From positions 41,666,001 through 41,730,000 of the forward strand of contig OZ076409.1 in the NCBI GenBank assembly GCA_964187785.1: a stretch of 64,000 nucleotides of DNA, read 5' to 3'. Below the pieces are notes generated by a model. The model searched no databases. It was not told the DNA's origin and worked only from the letters and a program-made list of their open reading frames with translations. Below are positions 1 to 11,689 of this stretch, in pieces (position 1 is the stretch's first letter; each line of letters begins with the position of its first letter). The translations under genes were made by a program, and so were the position numbers. The stretch is from Amphiscolops sp. MND2022. Taxonomy: Eukaryota.

Positions 1-103
1 CGTACAGCTGAAAATCAAATCTTATTCAGTTTGTGAAGAACTTTTCATTTTCATTCTCAACCGGAAGTGAAATCAATCACTCTTGATTTAAACATTGTTG
101 AAA

Positions 104-1588
104 ATGGTCAAACCATTGGATTCATACGTTGTTTGCAAAATCGTTACACTTCGGGAAAGGGGTTTATCAAAGAGATTAAAGAAAAGTTGGGCCTTAAATC
201 TCGATCGACAGCTCAAACAGCTTATCAGCGTTTTTGAGAACGAACTCTTATGTGGCGAAAAAACCTCCAGGCCGGCCAGAAAAGCTCAGCAAAAAAGAGC
301 GAACACTAATATTTTGAAGAGTGGAAAAGACCCAAAAACAACATTAGAACGAGTAAGAGTACTGCAAATCTTTTTCAACGTCAACAACAAGACGTACAAT
401 TCGAAGAATCCTGAAGAAGTACGGAATTGTTTCTAGAAAAGCCGCAAAAAAGATCAACTTGAACAAAACACAAAGACTGATCAGAAAACGTTGGTGCTCG
501 AGTATGGTGAAAAAGCCCCTTGGTTTTTATCCAGCTTCAATTTTCCACCGAAAATGAGAAAAAGATTTGGAATTTTTTGAAAAAAAATAATTGAAAAAAA
601 TCTCAAATTGCCGGAAAAACCAAAACGAAATAAAAAGTTTCATCAAATCAATCAATTTCACAGTGAACTGATAGCCCTTTTGATGGCCCTCCCAATGATA
701 CAAAACGGGAAAATCGAACGTCGGCACTAACCTAAGGCTCAAAAAGCGCAAAGTTTAGAAAATCTGCTAGGGACTTTTATGAAAAGACAAAAAACTTCGA
801 AACACCAAAATATCACAAAATTTGCAAGGGGACCTTTTAGTCACAATCGGTTTCGTATGTTACGTTAAAAAAGGAGAAATGAAAGGGGGGACCCTCTGCA
901 CTACGTTAGATGCATTTTCGCTGCCCAGATTTGGGTGATACTGTAAACTTGAAGAATGTTGTTTTTTTTTCACTCGAAATTTTGCATTTTCGTTCTGAGT
1001 TTTGGTTGGATGGAAACTAGGCTTCTGGGAAAACGTCGTATTTTCAGACGAAACTCGTGTGCGCTTGAATATTGACGGCGTTGTGCGCGTGTTCAAGAAA
1101 ACTGGTCGTCGCTTTTGCCCCAAAAACACCCAAGAACTAAGCACAGGCAGAAGATCTATGATGTTTGAGGGGGCATCAGATCAGATGGCAGGAAAATGCT
1201 ACTTAAATGTCCAGCAACACTTAACAGTTACGGATAATTGGAGACTTTAAAGCAATACGATCGACATTTGATCATACAGGAATTGGTGTTCCAGCAAGAC
1301 AACGCCCCAGTACACAAAAGTGAAGTTGTTCGCAATTTTCTAGCCCGAAAGCAACGGGAGGTGCTGGATTGGCCAGCTTACAGTCCTGACCTGAATCCTT
1401 TTGAAAATCTTTGAGCCATTTAAAAAAAAATCTTGCGAGGTCAGATTGTTAGCTGGGAGATTTTAGAAGAAAAGGTTATGGAAGCGTGGAACAACATAAA
1501 CCCTGAAGTTGTTCGCAACTTGTACTTATCGTATGGGAATCGCCTGGTGAAGGTAATCAAAAACCATGGAAGTTTGACGGGATTTTGA
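104..1588 (+). pseudogene. Tc1-family transposase pseudogene (frameshifts, stops, ~500-bp insertion)
   Basis: Motifs WENVVFSDETR (~1026-1058), ELVFQQDNAPVHKS and VLDWPAYSPDLNPFENL* (the conserved W is mutated to TGA). There are 34 residues between the second D and the E. N-terminal remnant in ORF 95..436. Confidence 0.9.
519..1021. mobile_element. Insertion in the Tc1 transposase with imperfect terminal inverted repeats, carrying a fragment (~700-905) of the satellite/HINE family
   Basis: Splits the transposase between MVKKP and FWENVVFSDE. Ends are CTTGGTTTTTATCCAGC and (rc) CCTAGTTTCCATCCAAC, 12/17 matches. Internal AAGGCTCAAAAAGCGCAAA and TTACGTTAAAAAAG...GAAAGGGGGGACCCT match the satellite monomer. 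Confidence 0.55.
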
Positions 1589-1846
1589 TTTATGATTTAT
1601 TTCAGCAAATGTTTCAAAAACTCTGTTCTGAGTTTTTTTTAAAAAAAAGTTGGTGTACGTAGCTTTTTGATACCATAGTGTAAATGGGCTAAAGATATGC
1701 AATTGTAAGAATGCTGATCTTTAGGATGCATTGTAGAAATGTTTTATTCTACACCTGAGAAATTCTATCAACAGCAAACACATTCAAGAGAGGCCTTTCA
1801 GTGATATATGAAGAACAATTATACCTTTGAATATCCGCCTACTAAA

Positions 1847-1869
1847 TCTCTCTCTCTCTCTCTCTCTCT
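1847..1869. repeat. (TC)11 microsatellite
   Basis: Direct reading. Confidence 0.95.
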
Positions 1870-3218
1870 AAGATAAATAACGTTGCAACAAATAGGTATT
1901 CTGAATAATTTCAGGAAAGGTGTGTATGAAAACCCTGAAGAGTCCCAAAATATCGAAAAATCCTTTGGTCTTATGTATTTTTGCAAGTATAGTAAAATGA
2001 AAAAACAAGACGCCAGATGACCAACAGTATGTTTTTCGTCCTAACTCTTCTACAAACGACACAGTGCGACGCTCAAGAGTAGCGAATGTGCTATCCCAAT
2101 GCATAGAGGTTTGAAGAAAAAAGTATTTAACTTTTTCTGATTAATGTCATCCCATTAAAAAAAGCATTCACTTCTAAAACGCACTTGATACCTAATTGTT
2201 TTGTTGTGGAACTGTGTGGATAAGAATACGTGTTTGTTATAATTTTGCACGAAGAGTCACTAAAAACCTCAAAATTTGGAAAAATGTTCATGTTTCCAAC
2301 AATTTTGGGATCATTTTCAGGAACTTTTTGTGCAAAAAATTGCAAATAATTCTTCCAAAATGCCTTTTGAATACCAAGATAAGTGGTTAAAAGTTTACAC
2401 AATTCCGATTGTCTCACTTGCAGGAAAACGTCAGAAACTTTTGGAATTTGTGTAATTGTGCAGTGGAAGACGGCTAGCTTTTGCTTTAAAAGGCGTACTG
2501 CATAGCTTGCTATTTCGTACGACAATTTTTGGCACTTGTTGGAGTCTCTTTGAGGCATTTTTTTTAACTCAAACTGCAATTATCGGTAATAAGAAGCATA
2601 CTGAATAACTACTCTATTCGTCGTTGAGTTTTTCAAAAAACTAATCCACGAAGCTTCTCAGAGGTTCCACAGAATTTTCATAGGATAGTTCAAAATATCA
2701 AATGTTCAGAGTGGCAAACTTTCCATGAAAAAAAAACAAATTGTATAGCTAGTTTTTACTTTTCAGATTTCAAACGATCTAATTCACGAAAGAATATGTC
2801 CTAAAGTTTGTAAAAAATGTGAGAAATCACCAAGTTTTTGGGCCATTTTGGGGCTTCTTTCTAAGCCTACTGGATAAGGCGTTTGTTTGCAGTTGAAAGT
2901 TTTGATTTTTCAAACGAACGAAACCTTTCAAAATATTCACACGATCTGCATAGAAACGTTTAAAAGCTGGAACTAAGTGTTGAAGCGAAACACTGCAACT
3001 CTCTCTTCAAAAATGCACTTTGCATAGCTAGTTTGTACTGCTGTAGATATCTCATCTTTATACGAATTGACCTTCAATGACGCTTCCAGAACAAGGATTT
3101 TAAAGCCGATCACAACATGTCATACGATTGTTTCGGATGGAACTGAAAAGTCTCGTAAAGCACAAGGGAGTTTCAGTCTCTCAAAAGCCTCGACCTTTGA
3201 CTTCATGTCCCATCTCCA

Positions 3219-3674
3219 TTTTTAGTCGGCGCCTTTCGTGAAAAGAGTCGACTATAATCATGGCTTTTCGTCAGTGTTTTTAAGACCACCTGAAGTGAGC
3301 AAAATAGTTCTATAAAATTTCAAAGTTCACCTGTTGGCCCAGGGAACGGAACCAAGAAGGTTTCCCGCGTAACATACAATACCGGACGAGACCAAAGGGT
3401 CCCCCCTTTAGATTTTTTTCGGCACTGTGCGACCTTTTTTAAAAAACTTTTTTCACCACAGGGTCCCCCTTCAATTTTTTTGGAGTTTTGCAACAGAATG
3501 GCAGTTGAAAAATCCCCATGGGTCCTCCCTTTCAGTTTTTTCGGCATTGTGACACTTATAAAAAATTTGTTCTCATGAAAGGTTCCAAATTCACCAATAC
3601 TTTGACATTTTGAAGTCCTTTTGCTATTTTTGTGCCGTAGATATGGCGCCGACATGTGCCGATCCCGGCTTGTT
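3219..3674 (+). mobile_element. Complete solo Helentron-type non-autonomous element (HINE/DINE-1-like)
   Basis: 5' end: TTTTT, subTIR AGTCGGCGCC, then a nearby partial inverted repeat (GAAAAGAGTCGACT). 3' end: subTIR GGCGCCGAC, hairpin GCCG-ATCC-CGGC, then TTGTT. T-rich ends, no TSD. The body is homologous to the reverse complement of the satellite monomer. Confidence 0.75.
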
Positions 3675-4288
3675 GATAAGAGTGGTTGCTGTAAGAAAAT
3701 CACATGGATTGAACTTGACTTTTTTGTTGCAAACCATTCATTTTTTAAAATTCGGTGTAATGGAATTCTGTGAATAATTAGTCACCTGGCATAATTAGTC
3801 ATTGTCGAAATATGATTTAAGTCATTCATCAATGTCAAGAGTTTTGAATGACAATTCCAATTTTCTTCTACAATTTTTTGATGACCACATACGAAGATTT
3901 TGAATGAACATGCCCCTGAGGAAATCAACCGCCACAATAAAGGAAAAACTTCACATTGCAAAATATAAAATGAAGTCAGGGGCAACCAGGTTTTCGGAAA
4001 CATTGGAGTGAGAAAACTCTATTTTATTGACATTAACCATCACAAAAACAATGTTCAGCAAAGACTTGAAGACTTTGAGGAGAGAACGTGTGAAATGACG
4101 CTAAACGTGCAAAAGAACACACCGTACTGGATCTCAATTTCATCTACAATTCGATGATTTTTCCCTGAAGAGGGACATCTCACATCAGCACATCTTACAT
4201 ATGCACATCAGCGAAAGACATGCAAAGATAACGCCAATGCTCAGTTCACAAACTATCACAGCTAATCATTAGAGTGCACAGGCAAGCC

Positions 4289-4570
4289 TTATTTGCTCAA
4301 AGCGCAACATAGTGCTTTCAATATCTCGGATTCCACGACCATACCTTTAACCGTGCAAAATTGGCAAATTACGTCATTTGTCCCGGATTCCACGGATTTA
4401 GTCGTGGATTCCAGTAACAAATGCTTAGCTGTACGAACTGGCGGCATGCAGCGGTGTCCCGGATTCCACAAAAACGTAAGATTTGCGAAATGAACCAATC
4501 AGATTGCAGAAATCATAAATTTCCTGGATTCCACGATTTTATGCTTGACGCGATACGCGGCATCTCTTCT
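4289..4570. repeat. Small putative interspersed repeat with five GGATTCCA(C) motifs and terminal mini-hairpins
   Basis: GGATTCCA at ~4328, 4385, 4406, 4461, 4526. AAAGCGC-N6-GTGCTTT near the start and CGCG-ATA-CGCG near the end. No second copy in the window. Confidence 0.35.
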
Positions 4571-4856
4571 TGAATTAAATTCAAGTGGAAAACTGTACAA
4601 ACATAATATTATGCACAGGTTTGTTTTTCAAGTTTACTGAATGATCTTTCGACTTTCAAATAGGATGCGGTTGTATTTTGCACCTTAACAAGTTGAGCAG
4701 GATTGTGATTGGACTTGTTTCGCAACATGTTTTTCATATCCTCCTTCTATTTTCGATTAGAACTTTTATGAAAAGAACGTAGCGATTTTCAAAGAAGTGC
4801 ATTGGCGAAACTTTCATAAGCAGCACGTAGTCTATCTTAATTGTTCTCTCAGTTAT

Positions 4857-6273
4857 TGTCACAGCCCGCTCCCGGCTGTTATCGCTTTAAACGCGATTGA
4901 TTTGGTTAAATATACTGGTGTGAACTAATTGGAATGCTTTTTGTGACGTCATCAACACAACTACGCTAGCAGTACGTTATTATTTGGAATGATTTTGAGA
5001 CGTCACTAATTGGAATGATTTTCTAATGCGCAACGTAACGTCTCCGTAAACCGCTGGTCAGCTATAGCTATTTTTATTACGTACGGAGCGCTTACGGAGC
5101 AAATTGTAAGATTGTCAGCCGCCAGTTTGCTATAACTAATCTTAATACGTACGGAGCGCTTACGGAGCAAATTGTAAAACTGTAAAGCTATACCTACTTT
5201 TTATACGTACGGAGCGCTTACGGAGCAATTGTAAGATTGTAATTATCAAATTAGGGTCTTAAAAACAATTTAGTAGAAAATTTCCTCCGGAATTGATGAT
5301 TTTCAAAGATTTTGTGAAACGAATGCAACGTAAGGGCAACGTCATATTATTGGATGTTTTCTTTTGAATGAAGTTTATACTAATATTTTTATTGAGTGTT
5401 CTGCATTTATACTATGAAATCGAAATTGTCAATCGAAGTAATAACGTGTTAATGTCACTAATCGATGTTCTGATTAGCGTTTTCTCAAGTGTGGAATTTG
5501 TTGTTGACCGAATGGTCTCCGTTGTTTTAGTATTTATGTGATTGTATGTTTACCTTAGATATATTTACGTCGTTTTATGTTCGTGCTAATAATAATGGCA
5601 ATAACTTGAAACTGTTATTCCGGTATCATTTGTTCCTTTTCATCAGTATTCAAATGTTTCCGCTCTCAAAATTATTTGCTCCGTTTTAGTTGCGTTGCCA
5701 TTTTTGCTAGTCATACTTTTATCTTGAATATTTGGATTCCCAACTTGGAAATTGACTAATTAATCACGCCGGAATGCCTCCGTTGTTGAAAATATCAAGC
5801 AGGCTCTCATTTTGCCGCCATTTTCACGTCCAAACAGGAAATGTATCGTTTGAACAAAAATGATTTCAACAAATGTTACGGAAGGGCGACGCAACTAGGA
5901 ATTTCGATACCTGATTTTGTGACGCGGGACTGAAATAATATGAAACAACTGGGTTTTTGCATGAACAAACCCAATTTTTACGATACCTAGGAATTTTTAG
6001 GTGAGGAACAAATGATGCTAGGAAAGTATAAATGTGTTGGTTTTGTAAATTGAATCAGTTAGTTAAAAAGTTAATTGTGATCATTGTTGCATTGTTTTAC
6101 TCCGTTGTTGAAACGATTTTGAAAATTCAAATTCTTTCAATCTCCTTGTCTCAACTCAAATATGAAAACTCGAAGTCAGAAAAGCCTTAAAATATATTCA
6201 TTGCACCTACATCAATTCCTATAAACAATTAAAACGACTACCCAAAATAACACTCCGTTAGGTAGTCGTAACA
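4857..6273 (+). repeat. 5' LTR
   Basis: TGTCACAGCCCG...GTCGTAACA; roughly 20 substitutions versus the 3' LTR by eye. Confidence 0.95.
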
Positions 6274-6286
6274 TGGTGACAGGAGT
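6274..6286 (+). promoter_or_regulatory. Primer-binding site, tRNA-Leu-like
   Basis: TGGTGACAGGAGT immediately after the LTR; 12/13 match to the complement of the metazoan tRNA-Leu(CAG) 3' end (TGGTGTCAGGAGT). Confidence 0.65.
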
Positions 6287-7829
6287 TAAAACGATTCCAC
6301 AAACGACCAAATCAACATCAAGAGATGCGCAACAGGAACAGAACAGAAGCAAGGACGACAGCCGAATTCAAATGGAACTCGGATAGCGAAGAGATTACGA
6401 ACTGAAATCGTAAGTGATTACTTTAGAATGGAACATTTAGAAATACGTTTTGACCTCGAAAATGAGAAGTCAGTAACAGAAATTCACCTTCAAAAATTGT
6501 GCCAGCATTGAACATGTGATTGTGGTCGAAAAGGACTCGTGTAATTATTACTTTCTCCAGAAAAATGGAACAAAGTACCTCCAACTTTTTTCACCTAATT
6601 CGTTCCCGACTGAAGACTCCAAGCCAACGACTGCATGACGTGATAATCAAGACAGTGGAAAAACTCTCTGAAACTATATTAATTGTCGACTGATAAATGC
6701 AGGAATGCCTCCTAGCAATCACATGCAATCCTTGTTACCGTGTTCTCTACGTTACACAACTCTCCGAAAACGTTCCGTAATACAGCCACAGATCATTGAG
6801 CCAGTACAGAGTGAAATAGACTATATCTCTGTCAGTTTTATTCCAAACGAGGGGGGAAACATCTCGCTCGAACGAGATGTAGCAAATTTTAACCGGATCA
6901 GTATAACACTGAGCAGCGACAGAAAGAACATCTTCATGGACGGAAGGCTGACGTGGGGTGACTGAGACAGAAATCCAGGACTTGGGACTATGAATTCTTC
7001 TCATTCGACAGCAACAGTAAAAGAAATAGAACTGAGAGAAAAGACATCGGGAGCTACTTCAGTTACAGTTTGGCCGAGGTTGGTAGCCAAGATGGTGGAA
7101 ACGGAAGGCGACGTTGTTGTGCCGGACGAACGAAACACGCCCGAAATCCCAAAAGGAACAACTGCCGAAGTGTCAAGTTGAGGTACTGAAAATCAAGATC
7201 TGGATTCAGACGCGTCAGGTAATCGGGTAGGACTCAAAGGCTGATCACCAAAACAATAGTCCAACAACCCATGGAAGTCAGAAAGATTTTACCAACCTGA
7301 AGCAACGAGCGCAATTTCCACCTCCGAGAGTACAACGTCATCGTCGGAGTAGTTGTAGTTTATCCCGTTTCCACTAACAAAGCCTGCCACAGGAACAGCA
7401 GTAGAACGAACAATTTCGGCGTCTCCCATTGAAAACAGCAGAAGTTTCTTCGAAACAACATAAAAGAAAAGAACAACTGAAAGAAAAATCAAGAAAAGCA
7501 CTTTGAAAACAGTGACGTCACATCGACGTAATTGCTTCGGACAGGATTGACAACGTCATAACGACGTAGCTGAAGAAGAAACGGAGAAAGAAAATCAGAA
7601 AATTGTTTATTCACGTTTCGGCCAATAACAGCGCAGACGGAAGCAAAACGCTTTCAAAAATTCAGGTGAACCGCAACGAAGGAAGAAAATCAACAAATAG
7701 GAATTCTGTGAAAGTACTGACCCCAAAAGACTACGAATATCAGTCGGAAATTGAGAAACCTCGCTGACTTAAGAAAGAAGTGAAACGACAAAAACCCGCA
7801 TATCGTCTTCTTTCCTTCCCGAGTGGTCC

Positions 7830-9246
7830 TGTCACAGCCCGCTCCCGGCTGTTATCGCTTTAAACGCGATTGTTTTGGTTAAATATACTGGTGTGAACTA
7901 ATTGGAATGCTTTTTGTGACGTCATCAACACAGCTACGCTAGCAGTACGTTATTATTTGGAATGATTTTGTGACGTCACTAATTGGAATGATTTTCTAAT
8001 GCGCAACGTAACGTCTCCGTAAACCGCTGGTCAGCTATAGCTATTTTTATAACGTACGGAGCGCTTACGGAGCAAATTGTAAGATTGTCAGCCGCCAGTT
8101 TGCTATAACTAATCTTAATACGTACGGAGCGCTTACGGAGCAAATTGTAAAACTGTAAAGCTATACCTACTTTTAATACGTACGGAGCGCTTACGGAGCA
8201 ATTGTAAGATTGTAATTATCAAATTAGGGTCTTTAAAACAATTTAGTAGAAAATTTCCTCCGGAATTGATGATTTTCAAAGATTTTGTGAATAGAATGCA
8301 ACGTAAGGGCAACGTCATATTATTGGATGTTTTCTTTTGAATGAAGTTTATACTAATATTTTTATTGAGTGTTCTGCATTTATACTATGAAATCGAAATT
8401 GTCAATCGAAGTAATAACGTGTTAATGTCACTAATCGATGTTCTGATTAGCGTTTTCTCAAGTGTGGAATTTGTTGTTGACCGAATGGTCTCCGTTGTTT
8501 TAGTATTTATGTGATTGTATGTTTACCTTAGATATATTTACGTCGTTTTATGTTCGTGCTAATAATAATGGCAATAACTTGAAACTGTTATTCCGGTATC
8601 ATTTGTTCCTTTTCATCAGTATTCAAATGTTTCCGCTCTCAAAATTATTTGCTCCGTTTTAGTTGCGTTGCCATTTTTGCTAGTCATACTTTTATCTTGA
8701 ATATTTGGATTCCCAACTTGGAAAATGACTAATTAATCACGCCGGAGTGCCTCCGTTGTTGAATATATCAAGCAGGCTCTCATTTTGCCGCCATTTTGAC
8801 GTCCAAACAGGAAATGTATCGTTTGAACAAAAATGATTTCAACAAATGTTACGGAAGGGCGACGCAACTAGGAATTTCGATACCTGATTTTGTGACGCGG
8901 GACTGAAATAATATGAAACAACTGGGTTTTTGCATAAACAAACCCAATTTTTACGATACCTAGGAATTTTTAGGTGAGGAACAAATGATGCTAGGAAAGT
9001 ATAAATGTGTTGGTTTTGTAAATTGAATCAGTTAGTTAAAAAGTTATAAGCGATCATTGTTGCATTGTTTTACTCCGTTGTTGAAACGATTTTGGAAATT
9101 CAAATTCTTTCAATCTCCTTGTCTCAACTCAAATATGAAAACTCGAAGTCAGAAAAGCCTTAAAATATATTCATTGCACCTCCATCAATTCCTATAAACA
9201 ATTAAAACGACTACCCAAAATAACACTCCGTTAGGTAGTCGTAACA
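7830..9246 (+). repeat. 3' LTR
   Basis: Direct repeat of 4857-6273, same length. Confidence 0.95.
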
Positions 9247-9362
9247 GTTATGGTTTCCAAACGCCTGTTCCCAACCATTGACTGTATTCACTAAACGCGA
9301 TTGATGCATAGGAGCAGCACTGTGAGCATCGACGTGTTTTCTTGTCGCAACTGATATTGTTC

Positions 9363-9562
9363 NNNNNNNNNNNNNNNNNNNNNNNNNNNNNNNNNNNNNN
9401 NNNNNNNNNNNNNNNNNNNNNNNNNNNNNNNNNNNNNNNNNNNNNNNNNNNNNNNNNNNNNNNNNNNNNNNNNNNNNNNNNNNNNNNNNNNNNNNNNNNN
9501 NNNNNNNNNNNNNNNNNNNNNNNNNNNNNNNNNNNNNNNNNNNNNNNNNNNNNNNNNNNNNN
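9363..9562. other. Assembly gap (200 N)
   Basis: Run of 200 N; the round size suggests a scaffolding placeholder. Confidence 0.99.
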
Positions 9563-9729
9563 TGAGCAGCGCAACTTTTGTTTGCTATGAAAACAAAACA
9601 CAAAGTAAAGTTTGAATAAACACCAAATAAACGTAATTAAATAGAATTCTGCCCTTTTCTGCGCTTTAAAATTAATTCTGCCTATTTGTTCAAATTCTGC
9701 CGGTTCTGCCTTTGCTGCCCTTCTGCCCT

Positions 9730-11218
9730 TTTTGGTTGCCCAGATGATGACCAACAAGAACTCGAAAGAAAGTTTGGAGAAGCAACAACAATTGTCAATG
9801 CTTACATATAACACACCTTGGACTACCAACTACCAATCAAAGGTCACTCAGAGTCATGAATCAATCAGAGTCAAGGGAACGATCCGTAACCTGCAGCTTT
9901 TAAAACACAAAGCTGAACTCGAGCGAACAACAAACAATGCCATCAAGAAATTATCCACCCAAGCCCTTATGAGATTGCAACGATTCATCGTCAATCGCCA
10001 CATCGACCGACCAATTATGATAACCTTCTGCAACTGGTTGAAAACGATAGTAGCTACTAGAAAACAAGGTTGACCAACAGCTACATACATTACATACATT
10101 CACAACACATGCCAGTAACGGCAAAGGCTTCAAAAACCAATCAGTGACAACTTGCCCTCGAGGAGACAGACACCACCAAGTTTTCAAAAGCATAATTTCA
10201 ATCGATCAAAGACCGGAAGAAGTAAGAAGTACAGATGACTACACGAAACAATGATCTCTGTTTTAACTGCTTGACCTAAGACCACCGCATCACAACACCT
10301 TACTTCACAGAGACTTCCAAACAGCCCGTAATTTATTCCTTCTCACCGGAAAACAAGGATACAGATCAGAGCAGTTAACAAGCATCTCATAACAAAACCC
10401 CAAATCACAGAGAACAAACTGCATCTGTTCACCTTACACAAACCGAAAGAACCAACGACTGCGATCGAATGTACACGGCAGCTGAAACCTACAGAACAGA
10501 AACCCGTCAACCAACAGCCACTTTGCTGACTCTACCAATCAACCGGCGCAGTCAACATTGTTTTAAAAATGTGGATGGTGTACACGACAGTTGAAAATCG
10601 TCAAGCTTCGTCACAAAGATCATAGCAGAAAAACTAAAACTCACCTTGAAGACAACAACACTGAAGATTAAAAGTTTCAACGTAACACAGACCAACAACA
10701 GTACCGTACTTGACCTGCAACTATCTGACATCAAGAACAGAGGAACACACAAGTGGAGAATTGTCTACGTAGTTTACAACGATCAATTGGCAACAGTTAA
10801 AGAGCACGAACGAACAATCGACTAATGTGGACATCTCGAAGACATCCAAAGGACACAAATCACCAGCCTGAACGCAGAAGCATTTCTTGGATGTGAAGAA
10901 GTTATTGAAAACGGGAAGGATACAAACAGCTAACAAACAAACCGATGTCGACTTGAACTGCCATGCATCGACAGTTGCTGGACCGAATCAGCATTTTACA
11001 CCAACAATTGACGTCTTCTTCAGACGTCAAAACTTCATGGAACGAAGAAACGTTTGGACCCAGAGCACCAACCGGAAACCCAACGACCAGCGACAAAGAC
11101 AAATTGTTCAGAATACTTGCGGCAAGATACGAAACACGACTTTTCTTGAAGCCACCCGAAGAACCGCCAAACCATCGCGTCTACGCCGAAAACCAATTGG
11201 ATTCTTCACATAGGAAAT
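9730..11218 (+). pseudogene. Decayed BEL/Pao LTR retrotransposon gag-protease-pre-RT region
   Basis: Gag-like RFIVNRHIDRPIMITFCNWLKT; zinc knuckle remnant DLCFNCLT*DH (~10253-10285); protease-like SSFVTKIIAEKLKL (~10600-10640); Pao-typical RYETRLFLK..P.NHRVYAENQLDSSHRKF. Multiple frameshifts; truncated by the repeat at 11219. Confidence 0.75.
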
Positions 11219-11686
11219 TCAAATACTTCGTTACCTTCCGATTTTTTTCCAGCTTTGTGGTGCTACTGAGACATGTGATAAGAAGCAAACTGTCCAGAGA
11301 CTTTTCTGGACTTTTGCAATATGCAACAAATCAAGGCTGCAGTACTTACTCCCAGGTCAAAGTATAGTCAAAAGGACGTTGACTGGGTGTTGTGCTGTCA
11401 ATGGTTGTGCCAAAATTTACCTAGCAATCACGAGTTCTCCGATAGCCTACCTTTCAGAAAGGAATCCGTTAGTACTGAGTACATAATGTTTGGGTATTTC
11501 TGACTAATTGTGGTCCCTAACAAATTTAGAAGGGCCAACGTAAAGCAAACATTACATGTCGTTCAAAACAGCCGATTCAAATTACTAGTTTATAGTGCTG
11601 TTACAGCCAATATGTATGAAACTTGATTTGAAGAGGTAAGCAAATTTGTTGTATGGCTCGGTTGCTTCGCTTCCTTCGCCAAGTAG
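11219..11686. repeat. Dispersed repeat copy A (direct repeat of 18929-19395)
   Basis: Colinear from TCAAATACTTCGTTACCTTC to TTCGCCAAGTAG; the spurious ORFs 11321..11503 and 19030..19212 are near-identical. Confidence 0.9.
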
Positions 11687-11689
11687 GAA

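Larger units (their letters stand above)
1..1680 (+). mobile_element. Decayed Tc1/mariner (DD34E) DNA transposon; left TIR cut by window start
   Basis: Ends ...TGTACGTAGCTTTTTGATACCATAGTG followed by TA (1681-1682). The window begins CGTACA, the reverse complement of TGTACG in the right TIR. A transposase remnant lies inside. Confidence 0.85.
4857..9246 (+). mobile_element. Non-autonomous LTR retrotransposon (LARD/TRIM-like), complete with TSD
   Basis: Two 1417-bp direct repeats with TG...CA ends. 5-bp TSD GTTAT at 4852-4856 and 9247-9251. A PBS follows the first LTR. The 1556-bp interior has no recognisable gag/pol motifs. Confidence 0.93.

Noticed and set aside
3782..4003. Possible host exon (73-aa minus ORF ending near CAG/GTGACT)
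   Set aside because: No convincing acceptor, homology or partner exons.
4857..9246. Assembly duplication next to the gap
   Set aside because: TG..CA ends, a 5-bp TSD, a PBS and ~20 substitutions show genuine LTRs.
9563..9750. LTR end and PBS of the BEL/Pao element (TGGTTGCCCAG)
   Set aside because: No CA-terminated LTR or second LTR is visible, no tRNA match is recognised, and the upstream sequence is lost in the gap.
9211..9829. ORFs spanning the N run
   Set aside because: Artefacts of translating the gap.
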